A stretch of 64,000 bases of DNA, taken from the human T2T-CHM13v2.0 reference genome, Homo sapiens. Positions 28,687-41,716 of the stretch are shown here, one piece after another. The notes under the pieces are model-generated. The model was not told where the DNA came from. It saw only the letters and a program-made list of their open reading frames with translations, and did not search any database. Positions within the stretch are counted from its first letter, which is position 1; every line of letters begins with the position of its first letter. Where the stretch lies: NCBI RefSeq assembly GCF_009914755.1, contig NC_060942.1; one strand, given 5' to 3'. The position numbers were made by a program, and so were the translations under genes.

Positions 28687-29187
28687 CTTTTGAAATTTTG
28701 TTTCAATAGTTTTTGGGGTACAGATGGTTTTTGGCTATATGGATAAGTCGTTTTATGGAGATTTCTGAGATTTTAGTGCACCCATCACCTGAGCAGTATA
28801 CACTGTACCCAATATGTACTCTTTTATCCCACACTCAGCCCCCAACCTTCCCCACCCCCGAATCCCCAAAGTCTGTCATATCACTCTTATGCCTTTGCAT
28901 CCTCATAGCTTAGCTCCCACTTAGAAATGAGAACACGCACTATTTGATTTTTCATTCCTGAGTTATTTCACTTAGAATAATGGTCTCCAGCTCCATCCAA
29001 GTTGCTGCAAAATATATTATTTCATTCCTTTTTATGGCTGAGTAGTATTCCATGATGTATATATACCACATTCTCTTTATCCACTCATTGGTTGATGGGC
29101 ACTTAGGTTGGTTCCATATCTTTGCTATTGTGAATTGTGCTGCTATAAACATGTGTGTGCATGTGTCTTTTTCATATAATTACTTCT
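28687..29187 (-). mobile_element. 5'-truncated L1PB-like 3' end
   Basis: ORF2 C-terminus on the minus strand; 12-bp TSD agaaaatgtttc (28675-28686 and 29188-29199). Confidence 0.88.
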
Positions 29188-29269
29188 AGAAAATGTTTCT
29201 TACCAGTTCCTACTTTTTGGATTCCTTGCTCTTTTTGTGAAAGCTTTACCTGAATTCTCAGTCATTCTT

Positions 29270-30520
29270 TTTTACTAATTGATTTAGTTTGTCAACAAAT
29301 GTTTGTTGAAGCACTGTAAGAGATTCTGGAGATACATAGTGATTCTGACAAGACCTGTTTTCAAGGAAATTAAATCCTAGTGGGAAAATCTGACAATAAA
29401 TAGGCAATAGTAATAGAGGCGAGTTCCTTCAGCATATATAGGAAGAACACCTGAGCTAGTCTTAAACATCTTCTATAAAGGTTTCTGAAAAAAGTAAAGT
29501 TCAAGCAAAACTTAATGTATAAGTAGATGTTAGCCAAACGGAGGTGTATTGAAGAGCATTCCAGGCAGAAAGACAAGGATGCTGAAGTCGAAAGAATGTG
29601 CTCCATTCAGTAAAGTGCATGTTGTTCAGTGTGGATGTTGAGATATGAGACTGCAGAGGGAAGCGGGGCTCTTCTTATTGCTACAAAAATAAAATCACAA
29701 ACTTAGCAGCTTAAAACAACACTTATGCATTATTTCACAGATTGTAAAGTCCAGGCACAACTTAGCTGGGTTATCTGTTTTAGGATCTCACCAGACTATA
29801 ATCCAGGTATCCACTGGGGTGGTGGTCTCATGAAAGGCTCAACTGGGGAAAGATTTGTTTCCAAGCCCCCTCAAGTTGTTGACTTGAGGCTGCAGGACCA
29901 AGGCTTCAGTTTCTTGCTGAAGGCCACCCTCAGTTCCTAGAGGCCACTTGCACCTCCATGCCTTATGGGCTTTTCCAACAAAGATGCTTACTTCGTGGCA
30001 ACTGCTTCTTCAGGGCAGTAGGGGAAGTCTCTCTGGTGTGTTTGTCAGCAAGACAGTCATGTAGTAACATAATGGTAAGAGTGACTCCCATTACCTTTGC
30101 CATGTTCTGTGGGTTAGAGTCAGGTCACGGGTCTTACATACACTCAAGGGGAGGCTATCATACAAAAGCATGAACACCAGGAGGTGGAGATCATTAGGGT
30201 AAGGGGATTACTGTAGGATTTGTTTGTCACACCGAGGTTACACTTTATAGTAGGGAGTCATGGAAAAGTTTAAGCAGAAGCATGCTTTGTATTATAGAAA
30301 ACACATTAGAGAGGGCACAGTTAGAATCTCGTAAACCAGCTGAGAGGCTTTGCAGCAAACCACATGGGAGAAGACAGTGGCCTTAATGAAGGTAGTAGCC
30401 ATGCGGGTGATGGAGACCGTAAGATGATACAGTCAGCAAAATTGGATGATTAATGGGTTATGGGAAGTAAAGCAGAGGAGGAAATTGGGGATAAATGTTA
30501 CACACATTTCTGACTTACTA
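29270..30520. mobile_element. L2 fragments interrupted by an MLT1-type LTR (about 29670-30230)
   Basis: L2 'caacaaatgtttgttgaagcact'; MLT1 'aaacttagcagcttaaaacaacac...catgaacaccaggaggtggagatcatt'. Confidence 0.65.
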
Positions 30521-31879
30521 GTCGGTTGATAGAAGCAGAGATCCCTGGACCAGGAGCCTGGTGAGCATGGGGCTCACCGCGGAGTTCTCCCTTCCCTGAG
30601 CTCCAGCCTGCCCTGTGGCCTCAGACCGTGTCTCTCTTAGCCGGAGAGTCTGGATAAGATGGTGTTAATGGAGCACAACAGGCTGGCCACCATCGGAAAA
30701 ACAACCGCAAACACTGGTCTTGCTAGTTATTGGTCAACAGGGGTTCTGACTGGAGTCTAAAGGACAAGACATTATACACTTAGTACTTACGTTCCCCCAA
30801 AATGACCATCCTAGTGTATAAGCTTTTTGGTTAAATGACTGCTGCGTACCAGGAGTGCAGTAGCACCCTTGATGTAGTTGTTGTGGTGACACCTGTGTGT
30901 CGTCTGCCCAGTGGGCTGGCTCAGTGTGCTGGGCTCTGTCACCATCTTCCCCTGTTACTGCAGTAAACAGGCGAAGGGGTACTCTAAATTATTGTTGGGA
31001 TGTGGTGTGTGTGGTTTTCACTGGGGTGAGTGAGCCTCACCATTTCTGTTGCTCTGAGAATGATCAAAAAATAATATTTTAAATGAAGATAGTGATTGGA
31101 TGTGATACTTAATGTGTTTTAAAGGACACTTAATATTTTACCAAGATGCGAGGGGTGAAAAGTCAGTAGTTTATTGAAAGAAATAGCATGTTGAAATAAC
31201 TATTTAAAAGAGAATTTTTAATACTTGAGCCATTTTAAGATGCAGAACGCTTTCCTGCATTTTTCCCCCTGTGAAAAATTCTCTGAAACCAGAGTGACTC
31301 AAGCAGAGCCTGGAAAATACTGGAGAATCACATGATGGCTAAAAATAAGCACATCATCTCTAGCAGGGACAGTAAGCAGCAGGGCAGAAGTAACTCAGTA
31401 TGTGAAGGCTCACACTCACTGGACATGCTCAGGAGAGTCAGGCCCTCTGTCCTTGGCAGGGGCAGGCTTTGAGACCACAAGTCAGCGAAGAGAGGTCCTC
31501 AGGTGCTGACCACTCTGTGCCACAGCAGCCATGCCCTCGGCAGGCCCCTGACCTGCAGCGCGCCTCACTCGTATGCTCTCCCAGGGGCAGAGCCATTTAT
31601 TTTACACTGTAATGACCCCTAAACAGTGGATTGGGAGGGAAACCGGCTGACTCAGCTCTTGTTACTGCCCGTTTTCTCTTAAGCCCTCCCCTTGGAATCA
31701 ATAGCACATGCCATTGATCACAGAATGTCTTTTTGTTGCTGTTAACATTGCAAAACATAGGTTTTGTGAAATTGCTGGACATTTGGCGACTGTTCTGTAG
31801 GGTACAGAATAGGGTTTCCTAAACTATAGCATTGCAAGTACTTTACCAAAAACACAACAAATCTTGTCTTGGGCACTCA

Positions 31880-32910
31880 CTGCTCATACCCAGGAAAATT
31901 ACTGCAGTAGCCACCTAGCTGGCCTTTCTGCAGCTCCCCTCAGCCTCCCTGGTCTGTTCTCAACACAGCAGGCAGAGTGAGCCTTTTGAAAGCAAAGCTA
32001 GATCATGTCACTCTGTTCAGGATCCTGCAGTGGCTTCCCTTTTCCCTTGCGAGGTCCTTTGCGACCTGCCCTTCCAGTACATCTCTGACCTTCTGTCTAC
32101 CTACAGTATCCCATTCTTACCCTGCCTCACCCACCTGACCTGGCTGCTGAGTGGAGAAGGCAGGGCCTTTGCACCCCCATTCAGCATTTCCTCTGCCTGG
32201 CCTGCTCTGCTCCTGGCTGTCCAGACGGCCACCTTCCTCTCCTGCCTCAGGTCTTGGCTCAGGTCTCACACTTACTGTGAGAGACCTTGAAGAAGGAAGG
32301 GTTACTCCTGCAACTGGCATGTTCCCTGCAGGGAACCTGGAAGTTGTGACTATGGAGTTTGTTACAAGAGCTGTTGGCTTCTGTGAAGAATGAGACTTTT
32401 GAGCCCCGGTGACCCCACACAGGAGGTTCTTGCCTCCCGTGTCTGTGCCAGACTGCTGCAGGACTCCCAGCAAGAGGGGCACCTGGCGCTGCCCTGCTGG
32501 TGCTTGGTGTTCTGACCTCCGTTCTTCTGGGTGGCCTTGGTGTGAGTGTGGCCCATGAAAGTACCATGGGTCTGAGTTGAAAAACTGAAACTGGAGGAAG
32601 ACCCATAGTGGATGCTTAGGCCTTCCATGAAATTCCTATTTAAAATTGCTACTTACCCACCCGCAGCCCAGCTCTGTCTACCCAACCCTGCTCTGCTTTT
32701 CTCTTGTTCATAGCACTTATTTTCTAGTTTATTCTATCACTTCCTAATTTATGTTATTATTTATTGTCTAGTTCCCCTGTTAGAATGTTAATTCCACAAG
32801 GACAAGCATCTTGTGCGTTTCATTCATTGTTTGATCTCAACTGCCTGTTAGCTTCCCAGGTACATAATAGGGTTATGGCTCAATAAAAATTTGCACAAAT
32901 GAATGAATTA
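31880..32910 (+). mobile_element. L2 3' end, split by an unexplained insert
   Basis: 'gatcatgtcactctgttcagg' and terminal 'ctcaataaaaatttgcacaaatgaatgaat'. Confidence 0.7.
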
Positions 32911-33249
32911 GGATAATTTAGAAGAAGCACAGACGGAGATAGATAGGGAGTGCATGGAATGGAAGGAACCTATGCCTTGGAGCCCATTGGTGGGTTATGG
33001 GTTAATCACATTTTTTGGTTCTAAAAACAAATTTATTGAAGCTGAGCATATTTACATGATGCAGTTGTGCATCTTTATACAGTAGTTGTTCACTGTGTAA
33101 AAACTGGGTTAATCAATTTTTATAAAAATGTTCTTTAAATAAAAATGAGCCTTATTTTCTTAGTATTTCAGCTGTTTTTAGTAGTATCTAGAAATGGGAA
33201 ACAAGTGCACTTTTGCATCATTTGTTGAATCAGGTCTTATTTGCTGAGT

Positions 33250-33490
33250 AATAATAGTAATGTAAGCTACCATTTATTGAGCACATGCTGTGTGCCAGAC
33301 CCTTGTGTAAGCATTTTCCATGTATTAAGTCATGTACCCCTCCCAACTCTGAGAAGTTGGTGCTGCTCCTCCTTTCTTAAATGTAAAGCAAGGTGGCCAC
33401 AAAGCCACACCAGTCAGGAAGTAGTGGAGCTGGGACCCCTAAGAAGGCTCTCTGGCTGCAGAGCCCCCACTCTTGACCACTGCACTCACT
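33250..33490 (-). mobile_element. MIR SINE
   Basis: 'catttattgagcacatgctgtgtgccagac...gctggcagagccccc'-type MIR sequence. Confidence 0.7.
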
Positions 33491-36400
33491 CCCTCCCTAG
33501 AGGCAGGTGAAGGATGTCCAATTCCCTACCAGGTCTTCATTCCCACGAGATTGGTGTGGCTAGTGCCTGCTGTGTGGAGCTGCCCCTAGCTGCTCAAGGA
33601 GGACTGCCCACTCTTAAGAGCCTCCACTGAAAAGGAAGAGCTGCAGACCTCACCACTGGCTGCACTGGTCAGAACAGAAGTCCTAAGGGCTGTAAACTGC
33701 CAATTTCAGAATTAAAAAACCAGCCTCCTAGTGATCTCATGAATCAGAGCATCCCAGAACCCTGTTAAAGTTTCATTTGGATGGAAATCTGTCCACTGAG
33801 GTGCTTTTTTGCCCTCAGCTCAGAGCAGATTACAGAATCTACAAAGTGACAGTACGGAGGCAGTTTTGAAGGAAAGACTAGGTCAATATAACTTGAATTT
33901 GCAGTAATCAGAATTCTGTAGGGACTGGCAACCCTATTGCAGTATGAGGGCTGTGGTGTCAGTTCAGTTACTGAGGAAGTCCTCTTCCTATGGAATTCAC
34001 TCTCCTCATCAGTCTAGCCCATACCCTTTCTCCAGCAATGACATTACTTTTTTTTTTAACCAAGCTCATCATCTGTTAAAAAATATAATCTCTTTGCCAA
34101 GGTGCAGGGGATAAGAAAGTAATATCAAATCCATCCACAATGAATCAATACAGATGCAGTGTATCTTCTGCCATAGTTGTTCAGCTCTGGGTTTTCTTCA
34201 ATTGAGTGAGAACGGCTAGGGGGATGGTTTGGGAAGGGAAGGGGCTCTCAAAGTAGAGAAAAATTGGGATTGACCATGACCAGAAGAGTGGTGGCCGCCT
34301 GCATGTGTGTGTGCACACGCTCATGTTTTTAATGTCTCTTGTCAACAGTATTAATGTCATATTTTTATCTCCTCTGTTTATGACTTTGGCAAAAGGAATA
34401 ATATGGCAGATTATGTGAAAAGAATTTCTAAATTCCAGCAGAGTCTTGGCCATGAAGGATAAAGCCAAGTCCAGTGCTTTGATTTGCTTCATCCTTCTGA
34501 ATCCATTGGGCCTCATATGCCCAACTTGTTGCAGCGTTTTCCATAAACATTAAGCAAGCTACTAGTTATTGACATTAGACACGGTAATGCCCTGGCTTCA
34601 CTAAGGCAGTGAATCTGACCACTCCGAATTTTTTTACAACTATGGTTAAAATGTCAGAATCATATTTATACCCCCAAATCCTAAAGGCATTAATTAAGAC
34701 ACAACTGCTCAAAGACTAGCATTGTAAATCATGTCCAGTGAGCAAATTCAGAGAATTACAGGGACTTAGACAGAATTTATGCTTTTTTCCTCTGCTTCTG
34801 AGATTCCTTTTTATTTTGAAAGGTAAAATTAGGGAGGTAGAAAAGCTTGAGGGCAAAATGGTTACTTGTAAACAGGGCCACTACTAATTATGTTCTTAGG
34901 ACATCCTCAAATGCAGCTTGAAAAAAAATTTGAAATGTTTGAATCAGCTGCAAGAAAAAAAAATCTATATCTGTATTACAGCCAAAGTAGGTGCACTCTC
35001 TGTAAAAGCTGTTATGTAAATGTTTTCCACATAAGCATCATTGAGCCAAGAGGCCTGGTAAAGGTACAGAAGTCAAATCACTGATGGAGTGGGGCATTCT
35101 GGGAAGCAAGAAGATAGCTATTGAGGACTTCAGTATCTAAAACCAGGATTGGATGCTGTCAGAGACATGTTTGGAGCAGTTTACGAGATTGGAATACAGA
35201 TGGTAGCTCACATAAAAGTATTCTATCAATGTTAAGTTTATGACATTGATAACTGTGCAGTTTTGTGAGAACATTCTTGTTCTAGTGCCCAGGTAAGGGG
35301 GAAAGAGTATCTGGCAGCCCCAGAAATTTTAGAGTGTGGTTGTTAGAAGGCAGCGAGACCTAGAAAGCAAATAAACAAAAACAAGTTCTTAACTCTAAAG
35401 AGTTATGCTGTATGTTAGGATATTGTCTTTTATTTATTCTGAAAAAGAAAACATGAAATCATTGAATATAATGAGGACAAAAGGTTTCATTTTTATTTTT
35501 ATACATTTAGTATTTCTTAATCATGTGACAGCTGTGAGGGGTAAATTACTTCCGTTTCAAATTGCAGCTTGGGATGATTTAATGAGCCCACTTTACATTT
35601 ATTTGAAAACAAGCTTTTAGTTTAACTGTTAATTATGGGGTTTTTTTGTTGTAGTTGTTGTTTTACCCAAACCTCGGAAGATACTAAGATCTTTCCCATG
35701 CCTTTCCTGTTCTTTAATTTCTTCACATTTATTCATTTGAAGGTAAAAATGTAGTTAAGTAGGCCTGATCTCACATATCCTCATGCATCATTTATTTTCC
35801 TGTTATCAGTTTTTCTCCGAACAATAGAATTTCAAGATCCCTCTCATTTTAAATATCAAATACTAGTTACCTAAGTGATTGATTATTAAATGTTTAGAAT
35901 TTTTTTTCCATTTCTTCCTTCACTCAGCCTGCACTGTGTCCCCGTTAGTGAGGCTTAACGGTGGGGCAGAAGCGGTGCTTCCATCCCACATGTGTGTAGG
36001 TGGTGGAGCAGCAGAGGTTGCCGAGCCTGATTTTCATCGCCTGCACCTCTCTCATCTCAAAGGGATCCAGGAGGTGCACGTGTGTGTGCCAGTGGGAAAG
36101 CCCTGGGGCCCTAGGCCACCACCTGACCTTTGCCTGATTCGTGAGCACAGATGCCATTTTAGGGCCGAGACTCTGCTGAACCACAGCTTGGTGAGTCCAA
36201 GCCACACAGGCAGGTTGAAGTTGGGCTCTGTTAACAGAAAGGGATATTTCCTCAGGGGAAGAAAACAAAACAAAACCTGTTTCCCCAAGTGGCTGTGTGT
36301 GGCTAGAAGGGGGAGAGCATCAGTAACTGCAGCAGCTGTGCCCTCCCTCCCTGCCGTGAGCCATGCTGAGCGCCTCCAGCGGCCGGGGATTCTCCCTGCG

Positions 36401-37394
36401 TGTCTCACTGCTCTCCTGGCCAGTGTCCTCTGCTTCTTCATAGTTGCTCTTCCCCGATAACGTGGCTTTGCCCAGGGGTTTGGCTTGCCATGACCCCTTC
36501 TACATCTTATCAAACATTTCAGTTTTTTTTTCAAGCTCTGTTTGATAATACCCTGAGAATATAATTAGTGGTAGCCCTTTATTGTAAGCAATCAGCTTCT
36601 GTTTCTTCCATGATTTTTTCTTTTTAAATTGACATCAGACTGGATAAGGCCAGATACCAGAACATGAGTGTGTCTGATGATCCTAGCTCAGTTATTGCAA
36701 CGACTTTTTTGTTGCTGACCTGCCTATGAAAGACTGCCAGGGTGGGTGGGTCATCACATGCTATCTAGGGAAGCCCCCTCTGCAAGGCTGTGTCCCTCAG
36801 GAGGGGCCAGTGAGCATGGCACAGGCTTGGACAGCCCAGCATAGACCACTCAGAGTTAAGCATATACTGACTGAGTTTACTCCACCTCTCCTAATTGTGT
36901 AGGTAAGGAGCCTAAGTAATTTACAGAAGGTAATCTTAAGAGGAAACCAAGGAGGAGCTCTCTTTCTGGGAGGCTGATGGTTTTTATTTGGTTTCCTTCT
37001 TGTCTTGCTGGTTCTTTGTGTCTGTGACTTTGACATTGGCATCAGCTCCTCAAGCTTCCCCTGGTGTCCTTACCCTGGAGAGATGCCTCTGCTAGGTCTT
37101 ATATAATGAATTATAAAAACTATTATTGAATTTCTCTGGGTTAGGCACTGTGATTGGTGGTGAGAGCATAAGGTGACTAAAACAGATGAAACACCTATGT
37201 CCTAGGGTTTATGTTCATGGGAGAAGTAGACATTAAAGAAATAGCTGTACCACAACAGTGGAAAGTGTTCAGGGCACTGTGGCCTCCCAGACAAAGTGAC
37301 ATCTGAGCTGAGACTGGCAGGGTGGTAGACCTACTTGCTCAGAGGAGGTAGGGGACAGGAAGGAGGCAGAGAGAATACAGCCTGACTTGCATGG

Positions 37395-37767
37395 TGTATT
37401 AGTTCTTACAGTGCCATAAAGAACTGCCCAAGACAGGATAATTTATAAAGAAAAGAGGTTTAATTGACTCACAGTTTCTCAGGGCTAGGGAGGCCTCAGA
37501 AAACTTAAAATTATGGCTGAAGGGGAAGCAAACATGTCCCTCTTCACACGGCAGCAGGAAGGAGGAAGTGCCAAGCAAAGAGGGAAAAAGCCCCTTAAAA
37601 AACCGTCAGATCTCATGAGAACTCACTCAATATCACAAGAACAACATGGAGGTAACCGCCCCCCATGCTTCAATTACCTGCCACGGGGTCCCTCCCACAA
37701 CATGTGGGGATTATGGGAACTACAATTCAAGATGAGATTTGGGTGGGGACACAGCCAAACCACGTCA
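37395..37767. mobile_element. THE1 MaLR solo LTR
   Basis: tgtattag...gggtggggacacagccaaaccacgtca; perfect 5-bp TSD catgg. Confidence 0.92.
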
Positions 37768-39149
37768 CATGGGATGGTCATGGAGTCATAGAACCCTGGC
37801 TTGTTCCTGAGAACATTGAAGGTGCCATACCAGAAATTCTTAGATAGCTGTTGCTCTGTGTGAGACTGAGCTAGAGAACAAAGACTGCATCTTAGGCATT
37901 TTTAGGGGCCTCCAGTGCATGGCCCATGGCAGGCACTTAACAAATATGTGTGTAAGGGGTGTTGATCATAGGTAGTCTTCGCACTGCTTTCTGTTAGACT
38001 TCCTTTATATTAAAATATGAGGTATTGCTTATAAAAAGATCTGAAAGAACTTGATATTTCCGAGCTGTCTCCCCAGCTGTTAGGCTGGTGGCTGCCTCAG
38101 AGAAGATTCTTTGCCAGATCAGGTGTCCTCACCCTGCCTCCCCTGCCTGCTTGTCTACTTGTTTTCTTTACCCAGTTGGTTTGCCTTTGGGTTAAAGAAC
38201 TTGGTCAGCGGGACATGGAAGTAGTGTTCCAGGAGTGTTTTATATGGGCTTCAACAGAGCTGAAGCCCATATACCAGTCACAAAGCAAAACGTCAGCTCT
38301 CTGGAACCCTGGGGAAGCTCTTCTGCACAGATTTACCCTGAGAATATTCAAACTATTTTAAGTCTTTCCCAATTTAACCATTCTCATTTTAAAGTATATT
38401 AGGCACCTCCCTGTGTTTTTAAAGAAGTTTATTTTTTAAAAATTTTTAACAGAAAGGCTTATATTTAAAGGCTGTAATGCTGTCAGTGCTTCTAGGGGGT
38501 GTGACTTGCATCCGGAGCTAATGACCCCAGGCACCTGAAGACACAAATATAAATTTTATGGTCTTTCTGTTTGCTACTTTGTAATTAGGATGTTGGTTGA
38601 AACTTGTAACTGCTGTCACATACCTGTCTTTATAACCCTTCGGCTCTTGCTAATCTCTTGGTACTAATAAACTGTGAAGTTGGAAATAAACTGTAAAATT
38701 GGAAACCGCATCACTAAAAGTTTTATTTACTTGTTTATATAGTTAGTTAAACTTTTGCTCTTTAAGCAAATACATGTTCAGCTGAGCATTGTGCTACGCA
38801 CTGGGGTTACAAAGATGAGTAAGATGTGTTTCTTGCTCTAAATAAGAGCAGGGGTTGGGGAATTAGGCCAGTGGGAGCACAGAGAAGGAACACCTGCACC
38901 ACACTGAAGGGGTAGTGGAAGACAGAGATGCCACTTCACAGGGACTGTGTTCAGAGGAAAAGGGAATGGACGGGCCCCCAGTAGTGGCTTGGAATTTCAT
39001 AATCCATGAAGTACACTGCGTATACATTGGGACATCTATTTTGGCCGCAGAGGCCATTCTTGTGTCTGCGCGTTGTTCTAGGTAGTGAGAGTCTATTGTG
39101 ACCTGAGCTCCAGATAGGCGAGGTCTTACCTGAAACCAATGGTTTTTCT

Positions 39150-39880
39150 TTTTTCCACTTCACAACATTATTAGTGATGCTAAGTGGATCACTTCCTTAA
39201 GGTGCTGACTCTCAGATCTCCCCATTGTAAGGGTGTGTTTTCCCCTTTAGAGTAACACATGTAAATATCTTGTTCCCCAAAACCCTCTCACCTAAAGTTT
39301 ACGTGTCCAATGACGAGCCCTTTGTGAATCGCTTATTAGTTACGGATGTTGCAAAATTGTGATTTATTTTCTAGTTCCAGCATTTCTTGCATATTTAGTG
39401 GCTGCCAGTGTTCCTTAAAAAGGATTGAAAAGATCTTTATATTCTTTTCTCTTCCCTCTCCCTCTCCCTGTCTTCCAGCCCATCTCTTTTTCAGTCATTA
39501 TAGATTAATAGATTTTTATTTATCCAGTGCATTACAATAAATGAAGCTATTGTTCTTCCTGATATTCAGCTGTCCCAAGTGTGACTAGTTGAGAGCCCCT
39601 TCAAGCTCTTGATATAAATCCTGGAGCACCTCCTTGCTTTTTGACACAAGATATCCTAAGCTTACCCTGAACATTCCCTGCACCATCCCTAGAATCAGCC
39701 ATTTCTCAAGAAGCCCTTTTATTGCAGAATAACATTTAGAAACCAAAGTTTGGGCATCAGGAGTGCCACTGCTATGGAGATGTCATTGCTCTTAGGTACT
39801 TTAGTGGCTAAAGCTAGGAAATGTTTTAAAAGAGAAAAAAATACATTTGGATTGATATTTCTGCTGAAGTATTAATTGGT
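39150..39880 (-). mobile_element. Old L1M 3' fragment
   Basis: 'ccctagaatcagccatttctcaagaagccc...tttagaaaccaaag' resembles the L1MC/ME 3' region. Confidence 0.55.
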
Positions 39881-40268
39881 TATAAGATCTTTTCTCTTGT
39901 TTGTTAGAAATTCAATTAGGGTGATACTTTTAAGTTTATCTAAAAACCTTTCCTCTTAAAAATCTTAAAATCCCTTTGTTCTCTTACTCTTATATCTCCA
40001 GAGGGAGAAGGGACAATGGCATTAACCTCATGTTACTTGAGGAAAAAAAAAACAGCACTCACAAAGGTGAGATAAGTTGCCCAAAACAACCGTACTTTAA
40101 CTGTGTACACTCCTGCTGAAATATTTATACTCCTTCTATATGGGAAGGGATCACTGGAGGTATCTCTTATATGTTGTTGTAAGCTCTTTTCATATCATTC
40201 ATTTTCTATGTATCTAAAACACACTTTTAATATTGCCAGTATTTATCATTTATTCTGATTGCTTTCAG

Positions 40269-40408
40269 GTGCAGCTAAATCAAGTCCAGCAGCTAAACCA
40301 GGATCCACACCTTCTCGACCCTCATCAGCCAAAAGGGCTTCTTCCAGTGGCTCAGCATCCAAATCCGATAAAGATTTAGAAACGCAGGTCATACAGCTTA
40401 ATGAACAG
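40269..40408 (+). CDS. MAPRE2: MAPRE2 coding exon (approx. exon 5), Ser-rich linker and start of coiled coil
   Basis: Acceptor gattgctttcag|GT and donor CAG|gtaatg; 140 nt, phase 1 to 0. Encodes (G)AAKSSPAAKPGSTPSRPSSAKRASSSGSASKSDKDLETQVIQLNEQ. Absent from the ORF track, but phases match both neighbouring exons. Confidence 0.96.
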
Positions 40409-40537
40409 GTAATGCATCAGCTCTGGCCACGCCTCTAGGAGCAGTGACGTGTGTAAGAGGTAGGGGGCCTAGGATCCCCTAGGACTGGGGTAAGGGAGGG
40501 AAGGGTAAGGAAGAATCCTTGGTTTCAAGTAAGTGAG

Positions 40538-40586
40538 AATAAAAAGAATTGTTCGAAGACAAAATCAGTAGCCCATGATGAATAAA
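40538..40586 (+). terminator. Two intronic AATAAA signals downstream of exon 5
   Basis: AATAAA at 40538-40543 and 40581-40586, 100-150 nt after the read-through stop TAG at 40436-40438. Confidence 0.55.
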
Positions 40587-41716
40587 AAGTGTTAGTCACA
40601 AATCTCAAAGCTGTACATTAAGATGGGGCAGATGGCTCAGCCTTGCTGCAGACTTCAGGCTACCTTCCCCTCCCCTGCTCCTCAGGGCTGTCAAGAGCTC
40701 CAGGCTAGACCGTTGCCCATCCTGCCCACTTCTGGCCATTCTAGATAGTGCTGCATTAGGGTGAGTCTGCCTCCCTCTCTTTTTAAAGGCTGGGTCAGGG
40801 TTAGTCTGTCTCCCTCCCACTCTCTTCTTTTTTCCCTTCTTCCTTTCTTTCTTCAGCTATTAGTAGTTGAGCTTATTCTATATGAAAGATATTACGCTTA
40901 ATGCTGGTAATATAAAGGTAGTAAAATAGATACCTTTCCTTCCTTCATAGAACTTGGAGATAGCAGTTGCACACAGTAAGTTATTACACAAGCAAAACAA
41001 AAAACCTGATACTTCCCACAATGGCAGAAGTTGGGTGCTGCAGGAGCACCGAACCCAATATTTGGGGGATCTGAAAGGCCACAATTGTGTTTTAAGTAGA
41101 AGAGCTTTCCTTTTAATTTAATATGCCTCACAGTTATGGTAAAATCTAACTAGCTCCACTAGTCTTTGAAATTTTCATTATAAAATCTTAGGTACTGCTC
41201 ATCTTTCCTAAGATTATATGTAGCTTAAAAGTAATAAAAGCAACGGGTAGTGGAGGGCCCATCGAGGAGAGCCTTTTATCCTGGCTACCCTGCCGCTATG
41301 AGAGGAGCCTTTACTTCAGGGCCCCAGGCTGTTCCCAGCCGCTCACTGGGCCCGTCGTGGTGATTAATCTTATTCTTGATGAGCCAGCAAGAGTTTAAAA
41401 ACAGCTTTTGTGATAATTGTATATTTGTAATCAAGAATCTAGTTTAATGGAGGCAGTTTCTTAGCTAGGGTGTTTCTTTACAATTCTGATCACTTTATGG
41501 AAAAAGGTATAAAAACAAGCCATCCAGCAGGTAGGACTTGGATTTGGAAACTAGAATGTTCTAATTACCTGCTGATTCTCAGTTTGAGCCCTGTTTCCAA
41601 TAATGACTTCTTCTCAATTAAAAGGCAGTAAGGACAGTCATAATGAACCTTGGTCCACATGCCTCAGGCTCCAAGAAAATCAGAGTAGACCTAAAGGCTG
41701 TAATGCCTTGGACCTA

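Noticed and set aside
32321-32336. Perfect 16-bp palindrome gttccctgcagggaac
   Set aside because: About one such palindrome is expected by chance in 64 kb (64000/4^8).
36366-36385. Possible CTCF motif (gcgcctccagcggc)
   Set aside because: Several mismatches at core positions; not supportable without a PWM scan or ChIP data.
35879-36534. Overlapping 193-aa (+), 160-aa and 107-aa (-) ORFs
   Set aside because: The longest starts at TTG, none has a recognisable domain or a convincing splice context, and open frames are expected in a locally GC-rich patch.
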